Shown here: positions 1 through 9,877 of the stretch, piece after piece
How positions within the stretch are numbered: the first letter of the stretch is position 1
Layout of the letters: each line of letters starts with the position of its first letter
From: a virus
Virus record (IMG/VR): IMGVR_UViG_3300021373_002437
Span: 31,981-95,980 of that record
DNA length: 64,000 bases
Strand: one strand, 5' to 3'
Position numbers and translations under genes: made by a program
The notes under the pieces: generated by a model
What the model was told of the DNA's origin: nothing
Databases searched by the model: none
The model's input: the letters and a program-made list of their open reading frames with translations, nothing else

Positions 1-241
1 GTTTGATATTGAATATCGGTATAGGAAAAAAGATGGGACCACAGAGCGAAATAAATATCTTAGCAGAATATCTACCTGTGCATTGACAGATATGAAAGTT
101 ACTTATGGTGGTCAGGATGGGTTTACTTCATTCATCGATACTGATGGCGCTCCATCCGAGATACAAATGGATTTGGTCTTTGCAGAACTAGAGACACTTA
201 CCAACGACAGAGTTGGATTAGATTACGGGGATAGCCTATAA
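1..241 (+). CDS. 48: Baseplate tail-tube cap gp48, C-terminal part (5' end outside window)
   Basis: Frame 2 is open from the window start: FDIEYRY...NKYLSRISTCALTDMKVTYG...GAPSEIQMDLVFAELETLT...*. Its TAA overlaps the ATG of gene 53; 48-53 synteny. Confidence 0.8.
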   Translation, partial: FDIEYRYRKKDGTTERNKYLSRISTCALTDMKVTYGGQDGFTSFIDTDGAPSEIQMDLVFAELETLTNDRVGLDYGDSL

Positions 242-768
242 TGTTTTTTAAAAGTATGCCCACGATTCGGTACACTGCAGATGACCGGCCTAGAATTGTA
301 ACTGATATATTCAGACGAATAATCTTTACAAATTTTCAAAACTCTAAACTTGCGCTCGAAGAATACTATGTTCAAGAGGGGGAAACCCCGGAAACAGTAT
401 CATATAATTTCTATGGTACTTCTTATTACCATTGGTTGGTTCTTGCTATTAATAACATTGTAGATATTCCTAATGAATGGCCCAGACCAACGGCTGCGCT
501 TTTTGACTATGTTGAAAATAAGTATGGTCAGAATAACGCATCTGATGTACACCACTACATTCTAAAGAGAGATGTTAATGGCAACGAGGTAGAAGAAGAA
601 ATTATAGTTGACTATGATGCTGCCAAACTCGCCAGTGGTGATATAGAGGTCGTTACTAATTATAATTATGAACTAGCTTTGAATGATGATAAGCGCCAAA
701 TTTTTCTACTACTCCCAGCATATGTTGGTGAGGCTATTACAACATACAAGAGATTAATGTCGCAGTAA
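241..768 (+). CDS. 53: Baseplate wedge gp53 (LysM-like)
   Basis: YYVQEGETPETVSYNFYG..YHWLVLAINNI.D..EWP motif; position before hub and gene 5. Confidence 0.9.
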   Translation: MFFKSMPTIRYTADDRPRIVTDIFRRIIFTNFQNSKLALEEYYVQEGETPETVSYNFYGTSYYHWLVLAINNIVDIPNEWPRPTAALFDYVENKYGQNNASDVHHYILKRDVNGNEVEEEIIVDYDAAKLASGDIEVVTNYNYELALNDDKRQIFLLLPAYVGEAITTYKRLMSQ

Positions 769-769
769 T

Positions 770-2167
770 ATGCCAGAACCAAATAGCGAAATATTAATTA
801 AAGCTGGAGACTATGAATTAGAGTCTTTGCTTATCCATACAGTTGGAGCCAATGGGATTGTTGATCTTAGAAACTTCATGCTGGAGATGCATCTGTATGA
901 AGATATTTTTTCCAGCACTCTTAGCGGAAATGTTATTATTGCAGACGCAGTAAACTTGATATCTTCTCTGCCGATTTTTGGTGATGAAGCAATCACTATG
1001 AAGATAAGAACCCCGACTCTGGAAGATGACTCTTACAACATTATAGAAAAGACTTTCAACATTTATTCTATACAAGATAGAATGTCAAATACAGAAGGTT
1101 CTCAATACTACAAGCTGTGCTTTACTTCAATTGAAAACTATGTAGATGCTGCTGCTCCAATATCAAAGACGTTTCGCGGAACAACTGATGAGGTTGCCGC
1201 TAAAGTTTTTGAAGACTATATTCAGACCGAAAGAGTTATTGGTAGTCCAGATAAAACCCAGATGGTGATCACAGATGCCCCACATAAGAGCAACATCACC
1301 TATACGTCAAACTTCTGGTCCCCTATTAAAAACCTTAGATTCATTTCTAAGCGGGTTCGCGGTAACCAATTAAATGGTTCTGATTATCTTTTTTATGAAT
1401 CTAATAAGAGATTTTATTTTGCCAGTATGGAATCCATTATCCAAGGACAAGTAGAATCTGCCATCTTTGAAGAGTATGTTGTTGAGCGAGATTCACAAAA
1501 CATTCCACGAAGAAAAACAGGTCTTCAGTATTACGGCAAACCAATGCCAAATGAAATGACCCGCATTGAAGATTTGAAACAGGTGAAAAACATCGACCTG
1601 TTAGAGAGCCAAGAAAAGGGGATACTTGCTAGTAGTATTTATGGTTACGATCTATCAACTAAAAAATTCGTACAGCGCAATTTAGATTTTGTTGACGAAA
1701 GCAAAAAGTTTTATAGAACTTCTGGTGGTAACCAGTTTTCCCAAACCATTCCAAGAAACCCTAGGGCTAAAGTAGATTTTGTCATGTACAACTCTTCGGT
1801 TTTTAACGGGTATGGGATTACAGATAACGACAACTTACCTTCAGGGCACCCAGCAGAGCAGTATAGTGACAGAGTTTTGTTTCGAAATTCTTATCTAAAT
1901 AGTTTAGGACAAAATGTTTTTGAAATGGTTGTTCCCGGTAGAACTGATATAGAAGTTGGTTGTTTAATCAATGTTCTCTATCCTACATCAGCGATACATG
2001 ATTCTAAAACAAAAGAAATAGATACTATATTTGACCCCTATTTGAGCGGTGTCTTTTTGGTGACTGCGATACATCACAAATTTAATAGGGACCGGCATGT
2101 AATGACTTTGGAAATAGTGAAGAATGGTTTAAATTATGACATGGGAGTAATTGCAGATGAATCCTAA
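770..2167 (+). CDS. Baseplate hub-like protein (gp27-like)
   Basis: LYEDIFS..LSG.V.I.D N-terminus, VPG...I.VG and YLSG.FLVTAIHH C-terminus; lies between 53 and 5. Confidence 0.6.
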   Translation: MPEPNSEILIKAGDYELESLLIHTVGANGIVDLRNFMLEMHLYEDIFSSTLSGNVIIADAVNLISSLPIFGDEAITMKIRTPTLEDDSYNIIEKTFNIYSIQDRMSNTEGSQYYKLCFTSIENYVDAAAPISKTFRGTTDEVAAKVFEDYIQTERVIGSPDKTQMVITDAPHKSNITYTSNFWSPIKNLRFISKRVRGNQLNGSDYLFYESNKRFYFASMESIIQGQVESAIFEEYVVERDSQNIPRRKTGLQYYGKPMPNEMTRIEDLKQVKNIDLLESQEKGILASSIYGYDLSTKKFVQRNLDFVDESKKFYRTSGGNQFSQTIPRNPRAKVDFVMYNSSVFNGYGITDNDNLPSGHPAEQYSDRVLFRNSYLNSLGQNVFEMVVPGRTDIEVGCLINVLYPTSAIHDSKTKEIDTIFDPYLSGVFLVTAIHHKFNRDRHVMTLEIVKNGLNYDMGVIADES

Positions 2168-3620
2168 TTTTGTATGGTGGACTGGTGTTGTTGAAGATCG
2201 GGCTGACCCAGAAAAGATGGGTCGATATCGTGTTCGCATTTTAGGATTTCATACTGAGGACAGAACAGAGCTTCCTGTTTCTGATCTTCCGTGGGCTACT
2301 CCAATCATGCCTGTAAGTTCATCTAGCAACACTGGGGTTTGCGAGACTCCTTCTTTGGTCGAGGGTACTGCTGTAATTGGATTTTTTAGTGATGGTGTGG
2401 ATGAGCAACTACCCATTATAGTTGGCTCCATCCCCGGCATGCCGCAGCAGAAAATCGAAGACCCAAATGTGGGATTCTCAGACCCCACTGGAGAATATCC
2501 ACGTTACTTAAATGAACCAGACATATCTAAGCTGGCGCGTGATAGTGCTGCAGAAAACCATGAGTCTCTAATATCAAAAAGAGAAACCCGTATTGGCGTA
2601 GAAGGGCCTATAGTAACGGCTAAGGCCCCTTCGGTTTCTACCATGTTGCCTGACAAGTCTGGAAAAGATTATGATGGGGCTACTTGGGAAGAGCCACATC
2701 CAAGATTTGGTTCGACTGATCAAGGAACCTATACTGAGGCTGGTCAGGCCCCAACCTTTGATGAAGGAGTTACTTCTGTTTATCCTTTCAACCAAGTAAA
2801 AGAAACTGAGTCCGGTCATGTTTTTGAAACTGACAATACCCCAGCCAACGGAAGAATACACGAATATCATAATGCAGGAACCTTCAGAGAAATTCAGGCA
2901 GACGGCAAAAGAATTACTAAAGTTGTGGGTGCTGATTACGAGGTTATCCTAGAAGGTAAGAATGTTTATATCCAAGGTGGGTGTAACGTTAACATTGTTG
3001 GCGATTGTAAGATGCGGGTGGACGGTGATTTCTATCAAGAGATAGATGGAGATTATTTTATGACTGTAACTGGTGATCGCATCGCCAAAATCAATGGTAA
3101 TGATATTGCTGAGATAGGTACAGATCAGGGAATAAATATTAACGGTAATAGAACTTCTCGTGTGGGTGGAGACAACACAGATTCTATTGTGGGTACCGAC
3201 ATACGAACTATCGGCAAAGACAAGATTCTAACCGTCAACCAAAAACTACAAGAACAAATTAAAGGAAAGGCGTACAGGCTCGTGGAAAAATCAAGCAATG
3301 AAGTAGTACTCGGAGACCGTAATACCCTGTCTGGAGCAGGAATTTATTTTGGTGCTGATGGTATAATCAGTGCTAAATCTGGTGGAGATTTTAACATCAC
3401 TTCTGACGGCGCACATACGGTAACGGTTAACGGGGTACACACAATAGAAGCTGGTGGTGAGTCGTTCATCAACAACAACTTGACGGTTGACGGAACTATA
3501 GATGCGACTGGTGATGTATCTACTGATGCCGGTGCTGGTGTCACGTTGGCTACCCATACACATATCGGTTCACCAACAGCCGGTACAGGACCAATTTCTG
3601 ATACAGGAACACCTAAGTAA
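2157..3620 (+). CDS. 5: Baseplate hub/spike gp5 (OB fold plus beta-helix, no lysozyme domain seen)
   Basis: FVWWTGVVEDRADPEKMGRYRVRILGFH, DLPWA, YPFN.V.ETESGH..E.DNTP and VxG beta-helix repeats. ATG 2157 follows GGAG. Confidence 0.93.
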   Translation: MNPNFVWWTGVVEDRADPEKMGRYRVRILGFHTEDRTELPVSDLPWATPIMPVSSSSNTGVCETPSLVEGTAVIGFFSDGVDEQLPIIVGSIPGMPQQKIEDPNVGFSDPTGEYPRYLNEPDISKLARDSAAENHESLISKRETRIGVEGPIVTAKAPSVSTMLPDKSGKDYDGATWEEPHPRFGSTDQGTYTEAGQAPTFDEGVTSVYPFNQVKETESGHVFETDNTPANGRIHEYHNAGTFREIQADGKRITKVVGADYEVILEGKNVYIQGGCNVNIVGDCKMRVDGDFYQEIDGDYFMTVTGDRIAKINGNDIAEIGTDQGININGNRTSRVGGDNTDSIVGTDIRTIGKDKILTVNQKLQEQIKGKAYRLVEKSSNEVVLGDRNTLSGAGIYFGADGIISAKSGGDFNITSDGAHTVTVNGVHTIEAGGESFINNNLTVDGTIDATGDVSTDAGAGVTLATHTHIGSPTAGTGPISDTGTPK

Positions 3621-3632
3621 TAGGAGACTATA

Positions 3633-4229
3633 ATGAGTTGTGGTGCAGCGGAAGAACTTCTAAAGTTAGCAGACCAGTTTGATGAGGTTGAGTCCCGAAT
3701 AGATGGTATGATTGGTGACGTTGAGGGGCAGGTTGGTCAAATACAATCTATTGTACAAGCCGAAATAGACAAGCTGACGGAGACTCTTACTGGGTATATA
3801 CCTGAAATCGATATTCCAATAGAAATAGATTCCCTTCAGGGAGATGTTGCTGGCATTTTGGAAAAGCTTATAGCAGGTCAGATTATTGCTGAAGACATTG
3901 CACAGGAAGTAGCCATACTGGAGGCGAAGTGGGGTGGCCTTGATCTTGGTAATATCAACTTCACAGATATCCCGAGATTGATTAGATCGGGGGCATTGGA
4001 CCTTCAAAATTTGTGTCAAGTTCTGCCAAATTATCAAAATTCGGGGGCTGAAGTTACCCTAAAAGGGACTCCAATATCTTTCCCAGAGATAAACGTACCA
4101 GACATTATTAAGGGCGGCAGTATCCCAAGAATCAATAAGCCAGAGTTCAGAGTTGACATAAACAGGAGAATATCTAATGGGACAAATAAGTTCTTAAATA
4201 TAAACATCCCAGACCTTTATGTGGGGTGA
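3633..4229 (+). CDS. Hypothetical protein (coiled-coil N-terminus), probably baseplate associated
   Basis: AGGAG SD; 198-aa ORF between 5 and 25. Confidence 0.6.
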   Translation: MSCGAAEELLKLADQFDEVESRIDGMIGDVEGQVGQIQSIVQAEIDKLTETLTGYIPEIDIPIEIDSLQGDVAGILEKLIAGQIIAEDIAQEVAILEAKWGGLDLGNINFTDIPRLIRSGALDLQNLCQVLPNYQNSGAEVTLKGTPISFPEINVPDIIKGGSIPRINKPEFRVDINRRISNGTNKFLNINIPDLYVG

Positions 4230-4236
4230 GATGAGT

Positions 4237-4244
4237 TATAAATA
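4237..4244 (+). promoter_or_regulatory. T4-type late promoter
   Basis: TATAAATA immediately upstream of gene 25. Confidence 0.8.
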
Positions 4245-4249
4245 GAACT

Positions 4250-4657
4250 ATGACTATACAAAAGTTAAAAGTTTCTCGTTTATACAAAGACTTGGATTTG
4301 GACATGAGTGCTCCAAATCCGGTCACTGGTGATGCTCCAAAGAAAACTGATGTGAATGCGGTTAAGCAATCCATTAAGATTTTAATGCTTACTAATTTTT
4401 ACGAGCGCCCCTTTGCCCCAAAGAAAGCGGGTAATATATCAGGGCTGCTCTTTGAACCTATGTCTCCTTTGGTTTCAAGTACAATGTCAAAGGTGATAGA
4501 GAAGCTGCTACAGTCATATGAACCAAGAGCAAATATTCAGTCTGTAACGGTGGAACCAGATTTCGATAATAACGCATACACAATCAATATCACTTTTTAC
4601 GTGGTGGGTATCAATAAGCCCCAATCACTGACAACCAGATTAAAGAGAGTAAGGTAA
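4250..4657 (+). CDS. 25: Baseplate wedge gp25
   Basis: YKDLDL, AVKQSIKILMLTNFYERPF.P, YEPR motifs. Confidence 0.93.
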   Translation: MTIQKLKVSRLYKDLDLDMSAPNPVTGDAPKKTDVNAVKQSIKILMLTNFYERPFAPKKAGNISGLLFEPMSPLVSSTMSKVIEKLLQSYEPRANIQSVTVEPDFDNNAYTINITFYVVGINKPQSLTTRLKRVR

Positions 4658-4658
4658 T

Positions 4659-6566
4659 ATGGCGCAGTTAAATGTAACAGAACTGGACTTTGACGAATTA
4701 AAACAGAGCCTGAAGACCTATTTAGAGGCTCAGTCTGAATTTGATTCTTATGATTTCGAAGGTTCAGCCATGTCAGTGCTGCTGGATACTCTTGCATACA
4801 ACACACACTATAATGGTATGTTGGCCCATCTTTTGGCTAACGAGTCCTTTCTGGACACTGCGATTAAAAGAACCTCAGTTGTATCCATAGCAAAAGCATT
4901 GGGCTATACCCCAAGGTCACGCAGAGCTTCGCTGGCGCAGGTAGATTTTTCGGTAGTTCCTGATTCGGGTTATACACAAACTACATACACACTTTCCCGT
5001 GATACCTTTTTCAATGGAACTGTAAACGGAACAACTTATACGTTCTATCCACAGGAAGACGTTACAGCCATTCTACAGAATGTAGAAGGAACCTCTACAT
5101 TCGTTTTCCCCGAATTGAATATTAGGCAGGGTGCCCGAGTAGAGAACAGTTTTCTAGCAGACGCTCAGAGCTTGTCTGGACCATTCACACTGCCAAATCA
5201 GAACATCGACACTACAACATTGAGAGTTCGAGTGACAACTTCTGTAACAGACTCTACTACTGAGACATTTACCATCCAAAGCAGCCTTCTTGACGTAGAT
5301 GAAAATTCCAAAATTTATTTCTTGGAAGAAAATATTGATGGTCTTTACGTTATTCGATTTGGTGATAACGTAATTGGTAAGCAGCTTACAGTAGGTAACA
5401 TCATCAGTGTTGATTATCTAGTGACCGATGGTGAAGATGCAAATAAGATCGCGACCTTTTCTTGTCCAAATACTCTGACAGGTGGCAATGAAGTAAAATC
5501 TTTTGCCAACGTTTCTACGTCATCTGGTGGCGCTGAAGCGGAATCTATTGACAGCATACGTAGAACTGCCCCTAGATATAACGCAGCCAAAGAACGGGCT
5601 GTCAGTGCGTCTGATTACAAGAGTTTGATTCTGGCTAGGAATGCAAACATCCAATCGGTTGCGGTTTGGGGTGGTGAAGATAATGACCCACCAATTTATG
5701 GTAAGGTTTTCATCTCGTTGGACCCAGTTGACGGACAGATTATTACAGATGCTATCAAAGATGATATAGTAATCAATATCATTGAGCCTCGTTGTCCAGT
5801 TGGTATTTTACCAGAGTTCGTTGACCCAGAATATACCTACGTGGGAATTCGTGTAGGCATTGTTTATAATCCAAACAGCACTAGCTTTAGTGCCGGACAA
5901 ATTTCAAACTTGGCAATAACCGCAGTCAATGATTTTTTCAAAAACAATCTCAATCAACTGAACAAAAACTTTTATTATTCAAAGATTCACGATGCGGTAA
6001 AGGCTACATCAAACGCAATCATTTCTGTGAACATAACGCCTACCGTACAAAAGAGACTCACTCCAGATGTTTTGGGTGGTAACTCTAGTTACACATTGTT
6101 CTTTAATAGTAGGGTTCAGCCGAGAGAACTACATAGTACATTTTTTGATACTACTATTTCAGGTGCTTCCTATAAAGTTAAATTACAGGATGTTCCTGAT
6201 GCGGGGGTTGTTCCTCCAAAGTATAACGGCACCGGAACAGTTTTCCTACAGGATACAAATGGTACTAATGTTGCCAATGTAGGAACCATAGATTACGACA
6301 CGGGAAAAATTACAATACCTACTCTGAACATCAATGCTTTTTATGGTAGCGAAACTTTCCTGAGAGTTCAGACTAGACCACATGATGATTCAAAGGACAT
6401 ATTAACAAATATTTTGAGAACATCTACTGACCCAAGCGTTGCTGCAGTTTTTCCTAAGCCTTCTAAAAATACAGTGTTGGCTTTGGATGACAGCATACTC
6501 GACGCAGCTACAGGAGCAAGGGCAGGTTTAGAAGTTGTCGTAACTACGGATGATATAACCAACTAA
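4659..6566 (+). CDS. 6: Baseplate wedge gp6
   Basis: ELDFDELKQSLKTYL, YDFEGS..SVLLDTLAYNTHY, RAVSASDY, VWGGED.PP.YGKVFIS. Confidence 0.95.
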   Translation: MAQLNVTELDFDELKQSLKTYLEAQSEFDSYDFEGSAMSVLLDTLAYNTHYNGMLAHLLANESFLDTAIKRTSVVSIAKALGYTPRSRRASLAQVDFSVVPDSGYTQTTYTLSRDTFFNGTVNGTTYTFYPQEDVTAILQNVEGTSTFVFPELNIRQGARVENSFLADAQSLSGPFTLPNQNIDTTTLRVRVTTSVTDSTTETFTIQSSLLDVDENSKIYFLEENIDGLYVIRFGDNVIGKQLTVGNIISVDYLVTDGEDANKIATFSCPNTLTGGNEVKSFANVSTSSGGAEAESIDSIRRTAPRYNAAKERAVSASDYKSLILARNANIQSVAVWGGEDNDPPIYGKVFISLDPVDGQIITDAIKDDIVINIIEPRCPVGILPEFVDPEYTYVGIRVGIVYNPNSTSFSAGQISNLAITAVNDFFKNNLNQLNKNFYYSKIHDAVKATSNAIISVNITPTVQKRLTPDVLGGNSSYTLFFNSRVQPRELHSTFFDTTISGASYKVKLQDVPDAGVVPPKYNGTGTVFLQDTNGTNVANVGTIDYDTGKITIPTLNINAFYGSETFLRVQTRPHDDSKDILTNILRTSTDPSVAAVFPKPSKNTVLALDDSILDAATGARAGLEVVVTTDDITN

Positions 6567-9403
6567 TGTCACACGAAATACCAAGCTATTACAGGTATGT
6601 CTCCAACATCAATATTGATGATGCTGGTAGTGGGTACCCGTCTGGTTCTAATCCAGTAGTAACAATTACCGGTGGTGGTGGAACTGGCGCTGCGGCTGTG
6701 GCCGAAGTTCTTCCCGGCACAGACAAAATAGCAAGCGTTACTATTACAAACATTGGTAGTGGGTATACCTCCACCCCAATCGTCACCGTAGAAGGTAATG
6801 GACAACTAAGTGCAGAAGTCAGTTTTGCCAGCGCAACCCCAAGTTCAGTCACCAGAACTGCAAGCCCAAATATCAAATGGACTGTTCCTGAGTTTATCCG
6901 AAATGACTATTCCGGTGCCACGTCCTTTCTTGGGTTCATAGAAAAATACTATTCGCATCTGGATGAGCCGGGTAATGCTATCCATGAACTTTTGAATAAA
7001 AGATACTTTGATATCGATGACGCCGAGGGTGATATCCTTGATGCATGGAGCAGAGAATTAGCCTATAACTTCCCAAGAACAACGGAGCTTGATAGGCTAA
7101 CCCTTTTCAAATATTTAAAGAGCATCTATGAGTCCAAAGGTTCAAAGCGATCTATAGAAGCATTTTTCAAGATTGTTTATGATGAAGATGTTGAAGTCAC
7201 CTTCCCAAGTCAGTTTGTTCTTAGAGCATCTGATGGTCAATGGGTTGAAGAAAGATCAGTAAGAGCATTCGCTGGGTATCAAGACTACGAAGTTCTTAAT
7301 ATCGAAGGTACTCTGGTAGACATTGTTTATTACGAGACTACTGGTTCTGTAACCATTGCTAAACGTGTCCAAACATCAGTACCAAAGGTATTGAAGATTT
7401 CTTATACGTCTCCGCAAAAATATGAAATTGTTTTAGACGTACCAAAGGGAACCGTGATACCGGGTCCCGGCGCACAGGCTTCAGCAACACCAGTTATTGT
7501 TGGTGGTGTTATAACCGATTTTACGATATCAAATGCTGGATATCAATATACCGCTGCCCCAACAATACAGATTTTTGATATTAACGCAAGCCCCGGTTCT
7601 GGTTTTGAGGGAAGGGCTGTTGTGGAGAACGGACAAGTCACCGACATTGTTATCAGTGATGGTGGTAGTGGATATAATGATGGCGATACTTCAATCGTTT
7701 TCAATACAGACTCGGTTAGAACTATAATTGTAGATCGCGGTGCCACTGCTGAAGAGGAAAATGTTCGTGCATACCTAGATCGAACTTTGGACACGATTAC
7801 TTCAGGTACATATGTCGGTTCTGATGCTGGTTTCAAAGTGGGAGATACTTTCATTATCAGTGAGACTGGTGATGACGGTAGAGGATACGCTCTTGATTAT
7901 TTTGCACAGGATTATGTTTTCATTGGTGGCGGTAACGATGCGATTATTCGAGTTGTTGCTGTTGATGCAAATAATGTACCCACGGCATGGGAAATTGTGA
8001 ATCCGGGTAACGGGTTTATTAATTCAGTTACAACGATAACCATTACATCAGATACTGGTGAGGATTTAGATGTTGTAATTACCACCAATTACCTGTACGA
8101 ATCCCCCGGAAAATATAAAGATGACCGAGGATTCTTGTCTGATGTAAATAGGTTACAGGATAATGACAAATGGCAAAGCTACTCTTATATCATTCAATCA
8201 AACAATCCAAAGAGCCAGTGGGAGGATTCGTTTAAGGAATCCGCTCACATCGCTGGCATGGAAGTTTTTGGGGATATTGTAGTACAGTCCGAATTAAATT
8301 ATGGACCAAATATTTCTATTGTTTCTATACCATATGGTCTGGTGTTGTTTGTGGTCGATACTATTAATATTGATGATAGCACTATAGTATTTGCTGTAGA
8401 TAAGGTATTGGCTGATACTGCAACAACCTCTGACTCTACAGCAATAGCAACTGCAATTGCCCTTGCTGATGCGACCTCTGGCGCTACAGATAATGATTTT
8501 GATGTCGCGATGGGTCTGAGTAAAACAGATACAGTCACTACTAGTGATGCTGATATTTCATTTGTTACTTCTTATGCGTATTCAGATTCAGCAACGGTAG
8601 CAGAGGCACCAGTTTTTGATGTTTCTAGGCCGCTTACAGACAGTGCAACAGCATCTGAAAGTGCCAGTATAAATACAAGTATAGTAAAATCTGACTCAGC
8701 TACTGCAATTGACTTGTTAGGTGGTTTTGTCTTTGGTAAGGGACTGTTAGACACAGTAACTACCTCTGACGTATTGATTACATTTGATGTTTCTATACTT
8801 CTGACAGATAGTGCTGATGCATCCGAATCAATAAGCTTTCAGCCTGAGTTGAATATTTCAGACTCGACTGGTGCATTTGAGAATATAAATCGATTTGATA
8901 TTGATAAGCCGTTTACAGATTCGGCTAATGCAACCGAATCCATCAGTTTACATCCCAATAAGGTTAGAGGGGATTCGGTAACTACATCAGAAGCAATTGA
9001 TGATTTCTTTGTTGGAAAGGCATTATTTGATACCGGTACTGCGACAGATGAAATCAATTCTTTTGATGTAGATTATACGCTGGCTGACTCAGCGGCGAGT
9101 AGCGATTCGGAAGTTTTCGATTTTTCTAAATCGCTTACAGATACTGCCAGTCCATCAGAGAGTCTAGTAGTATCTGGGTTTGAAAGACCCTTAACAGACT
9201 CTGCTACTGCGTCAGAAAGTGCTAGTATAAATACAGGTATAACTCTAACAGATTCTACAACAAATGCAGAATCTGTTGTTAAAGCAATTTCATCAAATCC
9301 AACTAATTCTGTAAGTACTTCAGATGTTGGTTTAATTAACGTTCAAGACTTTGCCGGTGATTTTTTTGCCGAGGATTATGTCGGAACAAACTATATACTT
9401 TAG
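6566..9403 (+). CDS. 7: Baseplate wedge initiator gp7-like with a C-terminal Ser/Thr/Asp repeat region
   Basis: IYESKGSKRSIEAFFKIVY, LRASDG.W, LQDND.WQ.YSY.I, H.AG..VFG; follows gene 6. Confidence 0.8.
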   Translation: MSHEIPSYYRYVSNINIDDAGSGYPSGSNPVVTITGGGGTGAAAVAEVLPGTDKIASVTITNIGSGYTSTPIVTVEGNGQLSAEVSFASATPSSVTRTASPNIKWTVPEFIRNDYSGATSFLGFIEKYYSHLDEPGNAIHELLNKRYFDIDDAEGDILDAWSRELAYNFPRTTELDRLTLFKYLKSIYESKGSKRSIEAFFKIVYDEDVEVTFPSQFVLRASDGQWVEERSVRAFAGYQDYEVLNIEGTLVDIVYYETTGSVTIAKRVQTSVPKVLKISYTSPQKYEIVLDVPKGTVIPGPGAQASATPVIVGGVITDFTISNAGYQYTAAPTIQIFDINASPGSGFEGRAVVENGQVTDIVISDGGSGYNDGDTSIVFNTDSVRTIIVDRGATAEEENVRAYLDRTLDTITSGTYVGSDAGFKVGDTFIISETGDDGRGYALDYFAQDYVFIGGGNDAIIRVVAVDANNVPTAWEIVNPGNGFINSVTTITITSDTGEDLDVVITTNYLYESPGKYKDDRGFLSDVNRLQDNDKWQSYSYIIQSNNPKSQWEDSFKESAHIAGMEVFGDIVVQSELNYGPNISIVSIPYGLVLFVVDTINIDDSTIVFAVDKVLADTATTSDSTAIATAIALADATSGATDNDFDVAMGLSKTDTVTTSDADISFVTSYAYSDSATVAEAPVFDVSRPLTDSATASESASINTSIVKSDSATAIDLLGGFVFGKGLLDTVTTSDVLITFDVSILLTDSADASESISFQPELNISDSTGAFENINRFDIDKPFTDSANATESISLHPNKVRGDSVTTSEAIDDFFVGKALFDTGTATDEINSFDVDYTLADSAASSDSEVFDFSKSLTDTASPSESLVVSGFERPLTDSATASESASINTGITLTDSTTNAESVVKAISSNPTNSVSTSDVGLINVQDFAGDFFAEDYVGTNYIL
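8400..9330 (+). repeat. Degenerate ~20-aa L-x-D-S-A-T-A-S-(E/D) protein repeats in the gp7 C-terminus
   Basis: e.g. LADTATTSDS, LTDSATASES, LTDSADASES, FTDSANATES, LTDTASPSES; two near-identical units RPLTDSATASESASINT at about 8628 and 9185. Confidence 0.8.
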
Positions 9404-9412
9404 GAGATTAAA

Positions 9413-9865
9413 ATGATTGATCAGAAAGATAAAGCGGGTGCTACTGGTGTAGTAAATCTCGTACTTAAAGACGAATTTGGCAACGTAAAAGAAGATATCA
9501 GTGTCCCCAACCTCGTTGTGGACACTGGTCTTGACTTTATCGCAGACCGAATGGAAGGCGTGGGCACAAATGTAATGTCCCACATGGAAGTTGGTACCGG
9601 TGGTACTGCCGCTGCTTCTGGTGACACTACACTAGAAACCGCTGTTGGTAGTTCACGTACTGCCCTCACTTCCACAACAGTCACTAACAACACAGTAGAG
9701 TACGTATGTACTTTTGCTGCTGGTACTGGTACTGGTGCTCTGGTAGAAGCTGGCATTTTTAATGCAGGTGCTTCTGGTGACATGCTTTGCCGTACAGTGT
9801 TCTCTGTTATTAACAAGGGCGCTAACGATAGCATGACTATCACTTGGACAATTACTATTTCTTAA
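9413..9865 (+). CDS. Conserved small virion structural protein
   Basis: AGGAG SD; NLVVDTG, MEVGTG, EAGIFNA..SG.ML.RT.F, ITWTITI pattern typical of baseplate/fibre-associated proteins. Confidence 0.7.
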   Translation: MIDQKDKAGATGVVNLVLKDEFGNVKEDISVPNLVVDTGLDFIADRMEGVGTNVMSHMEVGTGGTAAASGDTTLETAVGSSRTALTSTTVTNNTVEYVCTFAAGTGTGALVEAGIFNAGASGDMLCRTVFSVINKGANDSMTITWTITIS

Positions 9866-9877
9866 TAGGAATAACTC

